Shown here: positions 25,697 to 40,109 of the stretch, one piece after another
Layout of the letters: the number at the start of each line of letters is the position of its first letter
Numbering within the stretch: position 1 is the first letter of the stretch
NCBI RefSeq assembly: GCF_006345805.1
Contig: NC_043001.1
Coordinates: 107,384,001 to 107,448,000 of the forward strand
DNA: 64,000 nt
Origin: Octopus sinensis
Lineage: Eukaryota
Reading direction: 5' to 3'
Notes under the pieces: generated by a model
What the model saw: only the letters and a program-made list of their open reading frames with translations
Database searches by the model: none
Told to the model about the DNA's origin: nothing
Translations under genes and position numbers: made by a program

Positions 25697-25965
25697 ACAA
25701 TCACCGGTCTTCGATGCGAAGGGGTCCCAATGCAGCTGGAGAATATGTTCTCCTGGGGCTATGAGCTACAGTAGCATCTACCCTTAGTGGTTAGCCACAT
25801 TTAAGTGACAAATACACTTCATATTGTCGTGCAGCTACTGTTTATACCTCGTTCAGAGATTTATTATTGCTTGTTTACACTTTTTCGAGATCAGTGATTT
25901 CGTCACAGGAAAAAGGATATATGTATTTGCATTGGGACCCCTTCGCCTCGAAGACCGGTGATTGT

Positions 25966-26010
25966 CGTGCGCTGACGACGGGTAAATATTCAGAAACCAG
26001 GGTCCGTGCG
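25966..26010 (+). ncRNA. Hammerhead family H2, second (decayed) copy
   Basis: CGUGCG-CUGACGA-C-GGGU-AAAU-AUUC-A-GAAA-CCAGGG-UC-CGUGCG; core intact, stems II and III weakened. Confidence 0.65.
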
Positions 26011-26226
26011 TATCACGCCAGGTCGACGATGAGAAGGATGGCTTCCCTTTGCAAGTACTAATAGGGGACAGAAAATATGTCAATAGCCAGCTGGAGAAGA
26101 TGTTCTCCTGGGGCTACAAGCTACAGTAGTACCCACTCTTAGTGGTTAGCCACATTTAAGTGGCAAATATACTTCACATTGTCGTGCAGCTATTGTTTGT
26201 ACCTCGTTCAGAGATTTATTATTGCT

Positions 26227-26279
<53 letters not shown>

Positions 26280-26656
26280 TAATATATATATATAATCAAA
26301 ATAAGCAAAAAGGATATCCAGAGGTAATGCAGTACGATCGTTTCATGCGACTCCATTTAATTGAACAATGCATTTAAAGATGTTTTTGTTAAATATTGTT
26401 ATTGTTTTTATTGAATAAAATTTGTTGAAAACAGCTGCAATAATTATGCACCTACCTAATATATATGTATATATGCATGTATGTGTATGTGTGCCTCAGT
26501 GTGTGTGTGAGTGTGTGTGTATTTGTGTGTCTGCGTGTGAGCCTGTGTCTGTGTATGTGTGTGCATGTGTGTGTGTCTGTGTGTTTGTGTATGTGTTTGT
26601 GTGTGTGTGTATTTATATATATATGTATGTATATATGCATGTATGAGCCTCTCCTT

Positions 26657-26693
<37 letters not shown>

Positions 26694-26949
26694 TTCTCTC
26701 TCTCTCTGAAACATTATTACATATATTATGCACATATGAAATCGATAAAAATCGATAAAAATTCCCAAGAAGTAAAAATACCATTGCTTAACTACCGTAC
26801 GCAAAAGAATGTAGTTTGCCCACCACAGTTGGCTTGCTTTTGCGTTCTGGAGTGTTAGCTTCTAAATCTTCCTATAATTTGTACAGCAATTTCTTAATAC
26901 TTAAATTACAGTAATACACATATATATGTATTAGACAATAGCTTGTGCG

Positions 26950-28410
26950 ACAGGGTTGCTGCCAAACTGTAGCAAACCTGATGTTCCTTTGAACCCAGCA
27001 GTGTTGGAGAGAGAAGGAACATGCTGCATGTGCAACCTCCTGTCCCCCATAACACATCACCCAGTTTGGTATCCGAACTCCACTACACATCACTCAACAA
27101 CACACCCGCACCTTACAACCGGAGAGGACACTCCGGCTTCGCCAACAGCGTGGACACAGCACGGGGTATAGCAGTTAGCGGTGATAAACCTTCAATCATT
27201 GGCGTAAAGCAAAGCACCAGGGGTTGCTCCCGACGGTAGAAGAGATTTTCGGAGCTCACTGTGCAGCTATCGCCCGCTTTAAGCTGGGTATCGCCCAGTT
27301 AGTGGGTGCTGTCCCGTCACAGTTTGCTTTCCTCATTAGGAGAATGAGGGTTAGGATTCGTTAGAACAGCAGATGGTAACCTTCACACCAGATAAAACGG
27401 CAAAACAACAAAAGAGACCAGCTCTAAAATTGAGAACTTGGAATGGCTGACAATGATGACTGGCCTATTCGATAACATGCTGAACAGCAGCGACTACAGA
27501 AAAACTGCCGTGGTTAACACTGTACTGATGAGACTGAAGGTGGACATAGCTGCCCTTCAGGAAACACAGCTTTCGTAGACCTCACCAAGGCAGTTGATCT
27601 GGTCAGTAGAGGCAGCCTTTTCAAGATACTCCCAAAGATTGGCTGCCACGAAATCTGCAAAGCATGATCAAATTCTTCTAAACCAACAAAAAGGGGACAG
27701 TGCAGTTTAACGGGAGCATCTCAAAGCCGTTCAACGTTTGAAGCGGCGTCAAACAAGGCTGCATCCTTGCACCTACACTCTTTGGATTTTCTTTGCTCTT
27801 GTTTTGAACCACGCATTCAGCACTGCAATAGAAGGGATCTTCCTGCGTACCAGATAGGACGGCAGACTGTTCAATTTCGCCCACCTCAGATCGAGATCAA
27901 AGGCGCGCAAAACCCTCATCAGAGACACGCTATTTGCCGATGATACTGCGGGTGTGACACACTCCCAGCAGGAACTCTAGTTACTGCTGGACCGCTTCTC
28001 TCAGGCCTCAGGGACTTTGGATTGACATTCAGCCTAAAGAAGACAAAAGATTCGGGAGAGGACAGAGAGGCACCGCTGGTCATCAAAATCGATGACTACC
28101 AACTCCATGTTGTCCATCAGTTCACTTACCTCGGCTCTACCATCATCGACAGTTTCTCTCGGTACAGTGCTTGACAAGAAGATCGGGAAGGCAGCCACGG
28201 CACTTGCTTGCCTGACAACCCGTGTGTGGACAAACCCCATGCTGATGCTAAAGACTAAGAAAGCAGTGTACAACGTCTGTGTCATCGGTACACTGCCATC
28301 TGGCAGTGTGACGAGTCAGATATACCAGACGGGAGAGGCGACTCAACACTTTCCATCTGAGAAGCCCACGTGATATCCTGGGCATAATCTGGCAACACAG
28401 TGTCTAACAC
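26950..28410 (+). mobile_element. RTE LINE, internally deleted and degenerate
   Basis: GC-rich 5' leader and endonuclease start (RKTAVVN..L.RLKVDIAALQET) joined directly at about 27575 to RT (FVDLTKAVDLVSR, GVKQGCILAPTLFG, LFADD, FTYLGS). Confidence 0.85.
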
Positions 28411-28469
28411 TAATGTGTATGTATGTATGTATGTATGTAATGTATGTATGTATGTATGTATGTATGTAT

Positions 28470-29450
28470 GTATGATATGCCCTCAACTGCCTGGATAACC
28501 ACCTTTGCTAGCTACGCAGACAAGAAAGTCTCACAGAAAATACAGATATCGCACGTCTGCAGCAGGAGTTGGACTCAATTTACAGATGGGCTGAGGATAA
28601 TAATATGCAGTTTAATGCTGAAAAATTCCAAGCCCTGTGCTATCAGCGTCCAAAACTGAATATGAAACTTACAAAGTAGACAGGTCCACAGGGAATTACA
28701 ATCCCAGAGCCTAAATAAGGGAGGGTTCTGGGTATCGACATGAGTGATGTTACCTCTTTGCAAGTGGACATTACCAGGATGGCGACAAGGTGCAGACGAC
28801 TGGCTGGCTGGATCTTTAGAACATTCAGAACTAGAGGAAAGGAAACCATGATGGTCCTCTGAAGGACATTCGTCCTCAGACTGGATTACTGCTCCCAGCT
28901 ATGGTCACTCAGCAGTTTAAAATTAACAGCGCACCTTGACGCAATCCAACACGGTTCACAAAGAAGACCGTCTCATTGCAACATCTCAGCTACTGGGAAA
29001 GGCTGAAACAGCTAAGACTCTACTCCCTGGAGCGAAGGTGGAGGAGATATGCAGTAATATACATCTGGAAGATCCTGGAAGGAATTGTGCCAAATTTTGG
29101 CATTGAAAGCCACACCAATGCCAGAACGGGTCGACACTGCACAGTACCAAAGATCCTAGCAATGCCATCGCCCTTCAAGACCAGTTACTGCAACAGCCTG
29201 GGTTTCAAGGGCCCAAAGCTTTTAAATATTCTCCCAAAGAGCACGCGGAACCTACACAAAATGGGTGTAGGTGTTTTAAAATCAAAACTAGACCTCTTCC
29301 TGTCGAGAGTCCCAGATGAACCTACCTCACGGCAAGAGGTGCAAACGAGTAGCGATATCAAAATCCATTCTTCACCAAGTCCCACATATTAGAGGAAGCT
29401 CTTAGTAGTAACAGCGTAGCAAAACGGCGGTGCCCCAGCATGGCCACACC
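28470..29450 (+). mobile_element. CR1-like LINE 3' part
   Basis: SYAD..WAEDNNMQFNAEKFQ; DYCSQLWS; LSYWERLKQLRLYSLERR; GPKLLNILP..LDLFLSRVPDEP. Confidence 0.88.
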
Positions 29451-29576
29451 TCACCTGAAACTACAATATATGTACACAGACACACACACACACACATATA
29501 TATATGTATTTATGCATGTATGCATATATGAATGTTCGTACGCATGTACCTTTATATAAGTATATATGTGTGTGTG

Positions 29577-29637
<61 letters not shown>

Positions 29638-29894
29638 GCACACACGTACATATACACACATGTAGGAAAATAGATAAACGGATAGATATAGCGAATAATA
29701 CCTAGCAACCTGCGAGCAAAATTTAAAAAAATACAAATAATGATAAAACAATAATCCTGATTTATAATAAAATAGCGTTACTACGGACACAAAACTTGAT
29801 TCTAGGTAGATTAAACAAGATATTATAATGATAAGAAAAATATATTGCGGAAAAGGTATAGGGACTTGCCGGGAAGTAGGAGTGGTAGGAAGAG

Positions 29895-29991
29895 GAGAGA
29901 GAGAGAAAGAAAAAGGTTGTTAGAGTGGCAACAGTTGCCGCCGCCACTGGACTAGCAGCAGCAGCAGTTGCAGTAGTAGTAGTAGTAGTAA

Positions 29992-30045
<54 letters not shown>

Positions 30046-30185
30046 ATAATTTGAAACGCTGATAAGAATGAAGTTGTAATAATACATAAGGGAAGGGGTG
30101 GATAGGGGGAAGAATGAGGGGGAAAAAGGTGGAGGAGTAGAGGGAGTGGATGTGGAGAAGGATGTATAAAGGAAGGGGAGGATGT

Positions 30186-30216
<31 letters not shown>

Positions 30217-31395
30217 GTATACTTTAAGAGACTTACTATTGTTTCTGCCCCCAAAAGATTTGTTATTGAACGGGGTCATTTTTGTTGCTAGGTGACACCA
30301 CTAACATCACCACCAGCACCACCAGCACCACCACCACCACCACCACTATCGTCATCATCATCATCATCATCTCCACCATTCACAACTGTCGCACAACAGC
30401 AGCAGCAGTAGCAGCAGTAGCAGCCGTAGCAGCAGCAGCACTGTAAACAACAAATTAAAGGGCAGTGATTAATCCTAATTTCCAGCATTGCTATATGGCC
30501 AGGCTGGAGCAAGAGAATCGATCGCAACTACTTGATTGCAACTTAATGTTATCGAACCCTTGAAAGTATAAAATGTACAATTAACGGTACAGAATTTTGT
30601 AATTGTGAAGGCGCGCAGCATGTGGTAAGAAGCTCGCTTCCCAATCGCATGGTTCCGAGTTCAGTCCCACTGGATGACGCCTTTGGCTAGTGTCTTCTAC
30701 AATAGCCCCTGAAAGAAGCCTATCGTTTAATACTTTTCTCGTTGTATTACGTGTTCATTTCTTTATTGTATCTCTTTACTTTTTTACTCTTTTACTTATT
30801 TCAGTCATGTGACTGTGACCATGCTGGAGCACCGCCTTTAGTCGAGCAAATCGACCCCAGGACTTATTCTCTGTAAGCCTATAACTTATTCTAGCGACCC
30901 CCTTTGCCGAACCGCTAAGTTACGGGGACGTAAACACACCAGCATCGATTGTCAAGTGATGTTGGGGGGGGGACCAACACATCGCTTGACAACCGATGCG
31001 GGTGCGTTTACGTCCCCTTAACTTAACGGTTCGGCAAAAGACCCCGATAGAATAAGTACTAGGCTTACAAAGAATAAGTCCTGGGGTCGATTTGCTCGAC
31101 TAAAGGCGGCGCTCCAGCATGGTCACAGTCACATGACTGAAATAAGTAAAAGAGTAAAAGAGTTAATGGTAGCATTAATTTATTTCCCAGCGTTCTCACT
31201 GTTGTACCACCCGACATACGCTTAACGGCAACGGTGACTAAATTGGTCTAAGTATATACAATTTGTAAATGGAGTCAGTTCCCGGTTTTTGAAAGAGAGA
31301 GAGAGAGAGAAAGAAAAAGGTTGTTAGAGTGGCAACAGTTGCCGCCGCCACTGGACTAGCAGCAGCAGCAGTTGCAGTAGTAGTAGTAGTAGTAA

Positions 31396-31455
<60 letters not shown>

Positions 31456-31595
31456 ATAATTTGAAACGCTGATAAGAATGAAGTTGTAATAATACATAAG
31501 GGAAGGGGTGGATAGGGGGAAGAATGAGGGGGAAAAAGGTGGAGGAGTAGAGGGAGTGGATGTGGAGAAGGATGTATAAAGGAAGGGGAGGATGT

Positions 31596-31626
<31 letters not shown>

Positions 31627-32740
31627 GTATACTTTAAGAGACTTACTATTGTTTCTGCCCCCAAAAGATTTGTTATTGAACGGGGTCATTTTTGTTGCTA
31701 GGTGACACCACTAACATCACCACCAGCACCACCAGCACCACCAGCACCACCACCACCACCACTATCGTCATCATCATCATCATCATCATCTCCACCATTC
31801 ACAACTGTCGCACAGCAGTAGCAGCAGTAGCAGCAGTAGCAGCAGTAGCAGCCGTAGCAGCAGCAGCACTGTAAACAACAAATTAAAGGGCAGTGATTAA
31901 TCCTAATTTCCAGCATTGCTATATGGCCAGGCTGGAGCAAGAGAATCGATCGCAACTACTTGATTGCAACTTAATGTTATCGAACCCTTGAAAGTATAAA
32001 ATGTACAATTAACGGTACAGAATTTTGTAATTGTGAAGGCGCGCAGCATGTGGTAAGAAGCTCGCTTCCCAATCGCATGGTTCCGAGTTCAGTCCCACTG
32101 GATGACGCCTTTGGCTAGTGTCTTCTACAATAGCCCCTGAAAGAAGCCTATCGTTTAATACTTTTCTCGTTGTATTACGTGTTCATTTCTTATTGTATCT
32201 CTTTACTTTTTTACTCTTTTACTTATTTCAGTCATGTGACTGTGACCATGCTGGAGCACCGCCTTTAGTCGAGCAAATCGACCCCAGGACTTATTCTCTG
32301 TAAGCCTATAACTTATTCTAGCGACCCCCTTTGCCGAACCGCTAAGTTACGGGGACGTAAACACACCAGCATCGATTGTCAAGTGATGTTGGGGGGGGGA
32401 CCAACACATCGCTTGACAACCGATGCGGGTGCGTTTACGTCCCCTTAACTTAACGGTTCGGCAAAAGACCCCGATAGAATAAGTACTAGGCTTACAAAGA
32501 ATAAGTCCTGGGGTCGATTTGCTCGACTAAAGGCGGCGCTCCAGCATGGTCACAGTCACATGACTGAAATAAGTAAAAGAGTAAAAGAGTTAATGGTAGC
32601 ATTAATTTATTTCCCAGCGTTCTCACTGTTGTACCACCCGACATACGCTTAACGGCAACGGTGACTAAATTGGTCTAAGTATATACAATTTGTAAATGGA
32701 GTCAGTTCCCGGTTTTTGAAAGAGAGAGAGAGAGAGAGAT
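29895..32740. repeat. Tandem duplication with a unit of about 1.4 kb
   Basis: aaaaggttgttagagtggc at 29911 and 31315; unique sequence essentially identical, only microsatellite lengths differ; junctions lie in (GA)n. Confidence 0.95.
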
Positions 32741-34472
32741 AAAGACTCAGAGGGTGAGTGGGAGAGATTGAGAAAGAGAGAGATGGTAAATGTGTGTATT
32801 CAGGAAGACTGACATTTATGTGTTTGTGCAATGTGAGTAATACGGTGTGTTCTATACAGATAATAATTCTGTGACGTCAGTGTACCTCTGTTGGTGAGCT
32901 TCCTGACCATTCGTCCAAGCTCTACACGTGTCCTGGGATGCTCGGCCCATTGTGTTGAAACAAATCGATGTTTCTGCTAATTAGCGAGCCCCTCAACACA
33001 AAACCATGAGACCACCCGCTTTGAGTCTTTCAGTGATCTGATGGAAAGAAAATGGCGCCCGATAAAGCGTAACGACAGGTTCAAAGAGCGAAACCCATCG
33101 CAGAACATGACTGGTCCATTAATTTATCGATCCCAGAACAATAAAAGATAAAACTGACCTCTATTTCGGAAGGATCAAAGACGGAAGTTGACGTCAGTGG
33201 GATTTGCACTCGGAAAATAATGAACCAGAACATATAACTCAAAATATTTTGATACTGTAATTCTTATCACTTCCTCTGTACTTCACTGGTACTTTAATTT
33301 ATAGACCGGGGAAGAATGAAAAGAAAACAAAGTTGACGACGGTAGATTTAAACTCAGAATATACAGAACCAGAACAAATTCAGTAATCAATCATATACTA
33401 CTCCTTTGATCTAGGATGCGTTCAATTGTTTTTTTTTTGTGTGTGTGTGTGTGTGTGTTTCTTCGGGAGTTATAATTGGTGATTGTAAAGTGAAATTCTC
33501 CACCAAGTGAAAGGAGACGCAGACTATTTATCAGTACATTCAGCCCATTCTATGGGGACTGAGAATATTTAGCCACGTTTTGAACCGAAATCTTCCATCA
33601 AAACAAATTTGTCCGGATGAGGAAATTCTCAAGATGATTACTAAGTTGTTTATAGCATTTATCTATCTGAAGCTCACGAACACAAATGCTTCAAGCGTAA
33701 CACCTGAGTTGTGTCGCAGAACTATCGTTTTCAAAGTCAGGTGGAAGCGTCTTAATTCAGTTTCTGAAAAGAATATAAGTACATCTCAGGTTGAGATTTT
33801 GATAGACAACAAATACCTTATAGACGGGTTCGATTAGCACTTCTACCGATTCAGAAGAAACAGTGTCCTCTACCATAAGTACACGAACAAAATTTGCTTT
33901 GGAGGCACGAAACCAGAGCCAACCGTAAATGTTCAAAGCGTTTTCATTGTCCCCCGACTCCTGCCAGAAACATTAAGTGGGTTACAAATGCAACCCCTGT
34001 GCTCCTTGTTCCCAAACCTATGCACCTACTTCAGCTAGCAGTGAAGTCCTGGCAAGACGAGTTTCACTGAGAACAGAAATATGTATTATACTCTTTAATC
34101 TTTACTCTTTTACCTGTTTCAGTCATTTGATTGCGGCCACGCTGGAGCACCGCCTTTAGTCGAATCAAATCGACCCGAGGACTTATTCTTTGTAAGCCTA
34201 GTACTTATTCTATCGGTCTCTTTTGCCAAACCGCTAAGTGAAGGGGACGTAAACACACCAACATCGGTTGTCAAGCGATGTAGGAGGGACAAGCACAGAC
34301 ACGCAAACACACACACACACACACACATACACACACACATATATATATATATGAATATATATACGCATACATATATATGACGGGCTTCTTTCAATTTCCG
34401 TCTACCAAATCCACTCACAACGCTTTGGTCGGCCTTGTGGATTTGGTAGACTGAAACTGAAAGAAGCCCGTC

Positions 34473-34517
<45 letters not shown>

Positions 34518-34783
34518 GTGTGTGTGTGTGTGGTGTGTGTGTGTTGTGTGTGTGTGTGTGTGTGTGTGAGTGTGTGTGTGTAAGTTTGTGTCTCTGTGTT
34601 TGTCCCCTAAACCATCGCTTGACAACCGATGTTGGTGTTCGCGTCCCCGTAACTTAACGGTTCGGTAAAAGAGCCCGATAGAATAAGTACTAGACTTACA
34701 AAGAATAAGTCCTAGAGTCGATTTGCTCGACTAAAGGCGGTGCTCCAGCGTGGCCGCAGTGAAATGACTGAAGCAAATAAAAG

Positions 34784-34823
<40 letters not shown>

Positions 34824-35587
34824 TATATAAAGGTAAGCATATTAAATGGGGTTCTTTGGAAAAGTCATTTAAATATAAGGGTTGGGAAGCACGGGTATAG
34901 ATTATCCATCACTTTTCTTCCACCGGTTGTCTTTTGTGTTACAGCTTTGCTTTCAATGGAGTCCACTTATAAGAGGACTTGCGCGCGCTTGTATGAGTGT
35001 GTGTGTGTTGTGTGTTCACAGTAACATCGTATGATATAGCGAAAAATATTGATGTGACGGCAATGTACTTTAACTGGTGTATCACGTCACCTGTCGTCGG
35101 AGCTTACGCTAGATTATGTATTATCGAATAATTAGTAGGAATAAAAAAACGAGTAGCTTTGAGAATACGCTTTTCCCTATATATGCATATGCGAGCACTT
35201 GTGCACTACGAGCATGTGTGCATGGCAGTGTTCACAAGTTTGTGTGTGTTGTGTGTGTGTGTGTTTGTGTGTTTCTAAGCGTTTATTGTCCTTGATGTAG
35301 TCTTGGATACAGACTGGTAACACTCACGCTTTGAAAGATGTGTGCTATTCTGTTTATATTTTCAATGAAAACACTGGCTGACTAGCATAGCCACTTAGCA
35401 TGAAAATATATCTTACATATATGCATATATGCCAATGTATATGCATATATGCCAATGTATATGCATATATATTATATATATTATATATATATATATAATA
35501 TATATATATTATATATATATATATATATATAATGTATGTATGTATATATATGTATGTATGTATATATATAATATATATATATGTATG

Positions 35588-35657
<70 letters not shown>

Positions 35658-35729
35658 ATTTATATAAAATATACAATATATACCACTTATATGTATACAT
35701 ACAGAATTACACATTCGACATAAACGCAT

Positions 35730-35819
<90 letters not shown>

Positions 35820-36488
35820 TCTTTTTATTTTCTTATTATAGGTAGTGGGTAACGATTTTCTTCTCTACTTCAAGGATTGACGACCCTGCCTGACATGGGT
35901 CCCGGGCTTAGCTGGCTCCGGCTGACAGTACCCGGTATGGGCCCCTACGGAAAGGAGACAATCTTCAAAGAAATCCTGAGTGGAGCTTCGATAGGCGGTT
36001 TAGTGTTCAACACGATACTCTTCAGGCAGCTCCTGCAACCAAGCTGCTGCTAAACGTAGTGCTCTACACTCCTTTGGAATACGTCAGCGAGGTCGAGAGA
36101 GGAATCCTGACGATTGGGTTACCCAAGATTTTCTTACATCTAGTCTTGGTCTGCGCAAAACGAGCAAAAACAAGACTGGATCATTTTATGCGTAACTCCA
36201 ATGCCTCCCGAGACAAAAGGATGCCAACAACAAGAATTCTTTTACTTGTTTTAGTCATTTGACCGCGGCCATGATGGAGCACCACCTTTTGTTGAACGAA
36301 TCACACCCACAGGACTTATTTTTTTGTAACCCTAGTACTTATTCTACAGGCTTCTTTTGCCGAACCGGTAAGCTACGGGGACGTAAACATACCAACATCG
36401 GTTGTCAAGCGATGGTGGGGTGGGGGGACAAACACAGACACACAAACGTATGTATGTATGTATGTATATATATATATATATATGTATA

Positions 36489-36584
<96 letters not shown>

Positions 36585-36715
36585 GACGGCTTCTTTCAGT
36601 TTCCGTCTATTAAGCCACTCACAAGGCTTTGATCGGCCTGCCACGCAATGGGACTGAACCCGGAAACCATGCATTTGGGAAGCAAGCTTCATGCCACACA
36701 ATCATGCCTGCGTCC

Positions 36716-36768
<53 letters not shown>

Positions 36769-36789
36769 TGTGTGTGTGTGTGTATGTAT

Positions 36790-36822
<33 letters not shown>

Positions 36823-37269
36823 CAAAAATACATATAATGTATGAATATCTACATATCTACATATACATATACATATGTATGCATAATGGCCCAGTGGTTA
36901 GGGCAGCGGACTTGCGGTCCTAGGATCGCAGTTTCGATTCCCAGACCGGGCGTTCCGAATGTTTATTGAGCGAAAACACCTAAAAGTCCACGAGGCTTCG
37001 GCAGAGGGCGGTGGTGATCATTGGTGTATTCTTTCACCAGAACTTTCTCTGACTCTTTCTTCCAGTTTCTTTTGTAAAAGGGGCCAGCATTGACATACTG
37101 TGTCATGCTGAATCTTCCCGAAAACTATGTAAGGGATACACGTGACTGTGGAGTGCTCAACCACTTGCACGTTAATTTCACGAGCAAAGCTGTTCCGCAG
37201 ATCGGATCAACTGTAACGCTCTTCGTCACAACCGACGGAGTGCCTGCAATATACATATACTTACGTACA

Positions 37270-37327
<58 letters not shown>

Positions 37328-37444
37328 CACACATACACATAAGCACACACACATACTCACGCATTTATATCTATATCTAAATGTATGCATATATATATAT
37401 AATATATATATGTATGTATATATGTATGTATATATGTACGTATG

Positions 37445-37513
<69 letters not shown>

Positions 37514-38221
37514 ACATACATACATACATACACGCATGCATATATATATATGTATGCATGTAAGTGTGTATGGTAGGACAGACAAAAAAGGCGAGGTGGG
37601 GGAGAAACAACAGCTTTTTTTTTGTGGATCGAAAATCGTTTTTCATTTCTTTCTTTCTCTTTCTAGTCATAGCAACCAAATCTAAGGTGATAACTTAATG
37701 CGTCAATAAGCAGTAGCATTAATAATGAAAGAAAGAAAAAAACTGAAACATTATAAATATTTCAGCTGTGACAATCAATTGAGTATAATCAGACGACTTA
37801 TGTTCTCCATTTTGCTTTGTTATTCTGTTGTTGGAGTTGGAAAGAAAATAAAAAAAATATGTCTCCTTCTAGAAATTAAAAGTAATTGTAATTATTATGA
37901 CACGTATTTCTATTTTGGAATGAGAATCTCAGTTTTATTTTGTAATTAAAATGAATATTTGTCGTAATTAAGATATTACGGTAAAAAAAATAAACTATAA
38001 ATAAATACAACGAACACAAAGGTTTGTAGAGTCCACCATGTTTAGTCAAGTTGGCGGCTATTGTTTATTAGGATTCTACTGCGCACGCGTTTATTTCGAT
38101 TCTTCACTGAGATAGATCAATCATATATGAACAGTAATTATATTGATACAGTAGCAAACATAAATACGGCAAGTAACATTATATATATATATATATATAT
38201 ATACATGCACACACACACATA

Positions 38222-38299
<78 letters not shown>

Positions 38300-38314
38300 G
38301 TATATATATGTATA

Positions 38315-38355
<41 letters not shown>

Positions 38356-39726
38356 AAATAAATGCGTAAATAAATAAAGTGAAATCCCTATATCAACAAT
38401 CCTTGAGTCCTTCCTCGGAAGGAAAAGCCTGATATAAGTTTTTTTCTAAATAGCACGGAGAAAAGAATAGAAGTTTTGGTGGTTCTGTGTTTCCAAACAG
38501 CTTTTATAGCATAAATGAAGCGAAATAGCTTGAAAATTTTGTGGACTTCATCGCTGGAATCATGTCTGAAAATATATTTTTTGCAACTCTGGGCACAAGG
38601 CCCGAAATTTTTCGGGAGGGGTTCAATCGGTTAGATTGACCTCAATATGCAACTGGTACTTAATTTATCGACCTCGCGAAAGGATGAAAGTCAAAGTCGA
38701 CCTCAGAACATAAAGACAGACGAAATACCTGTTTCTTTACTACCCACAAGGGGCTAAACACAGAGAGGACAAACAAGGACAGACAAACAGATTAAGTCGA
38801 TTATATCGACCCCAGTACGTAACTGGTACTTATTTAATCGACCTCGAAAGGTTGAAAGGCAAAGTCGAGCTCGGCGGAATTTGAACTCAGAACTTAACGG
38901 CAGACGAAATACAGATACGCATTTCGCCCGGCGTGCTAACGTTTCTGCCATTTCGCCGCCTTATGTCTGTAGAAATATTCTTTTCTACTCTAGGCACAAG
39001 GCCCAAAATTTTTGAGGAGGGGTTCAGTCAATTAGATCGATCTTGGTATGCAGACGAAATACCGCTAAGCATTTCGCCCAGCATGCTACTGTTTCTGCCA
39101 GCTCGCCGTCTTATGTCTGTAAAAATATTACGTGTTTGATGTAAACGAAAACGTTGTGTCTATGGCTTTCTGTAAGCTTTCCGAAACCGTTGCAACAGCT
39201 GGCGTTCAGCCGCAACAGTCTGGCGTCCTACAGATTGGAAGATCTTGTAGTCTCTGTCATTTTACCTGGAAATCTAGGTCAAATAAATCAGTAGTTTGTC
39301 TTGAACTAACTTTAAATATTTTAATATTAGTCATTCAAAAACCAAAATAGTTCAATATAATTTCTTGATGCTTTTCTAAGCGTATAACTTCGGCTCTTCG
39401 CTTGAAGGGTCAGTTTGGGAATTGCATCGTGATTCTACTTCTTCAAATCGCTTACTATTTTGATCTTTACTACTACGCCGAGAAGCAATCATTTGGCTAA
39501 GTAGAGAGGGTAGTTTTTAAATTAAGAATCCGTGTCGAAATATGACCAAACAGACGGTCATATTTTACAATTTCTGCAAACGCAAAATTCCGTAATAACC
39601 TAAGTTGGATGTAACGCACAGGTACCTCTAGAAGATTTCTTGCTCATAGCAGCTATTTTATATTGTTTGGAGATTATATTTTTATCACAGTGTTTTGCAG
39701 CCAGACCGTTTTCTACTTTATTTTTT

Positions 39727-40109
39727 ACTAGCAGTATCGCCCGGCGTTGCTCGGGTTTGTTTCGACCCTTTAGAATTGGAATTTTTGAAAAGTAAAAATT
39801 TTGCATTATGTAGCTTGTTATTCTCTTTAAGTGAACATTTTTCTAGTTGAAATACACCGAAAAATGGCCACACATCGTAAAAAATAAAGCTTTTCATAGA
39901 AAAAAAAGCACCTTTTTGATGTAAATAATTTTTGGTGTTAACATGGTCCGATTTGAATTTCTTCTTCTATGGAAGGAAGAGCAAGCCTTCTTCTATCATA
40001 CTCTCAATTTTGGTCAACTTACGCCGCAGGGTCTCGGAGGAGATAGTGTTAGTTGAAGGTTACCAAACCTGCCATACACAGACAACTTAAGCCTTATATA
40101 TAGAGAGAT
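39727..40109 (+). mobile_element. Non-autonomous Helitron/DINE-1-like element
   Basis: Starts in a T-run with ACTAGCAGTATCGCCCGGCGTTGCTCGGG and ends ...cacagacaac...TATATATAGAGAGAT, the terminal pattern of DINE-1/Lep1-like Helitron derivatives. Confidence 0.55.

Larger units (their letters stand above)
25517..26223. mobile_element. Inverted-plus-direct repeat module carrying hammerhead H2 (Penelope pLTR-like)
   Basis: Inverted copy about 25517-25733, direct 3' part about 25733-25868, full direct copy about 25929-26223 ending gttcagagattt(att)n. Related copy with inverted arms at about 4964-5280. Confidence 0.55.

Noticed and set aside
35885-35960. GC-rich segment resembling the HDV genomic ribozyme (..CATGGGTCCCGGG..GCTGGCTCCGGCTG..) in a probable LINE 5' leader
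   Set aside because: L3 lacks the CC needed for P1.1, there is no catalytic C-N-R-A J4/2, and P1 is mismatched; it folds better as a simple long hairpin.
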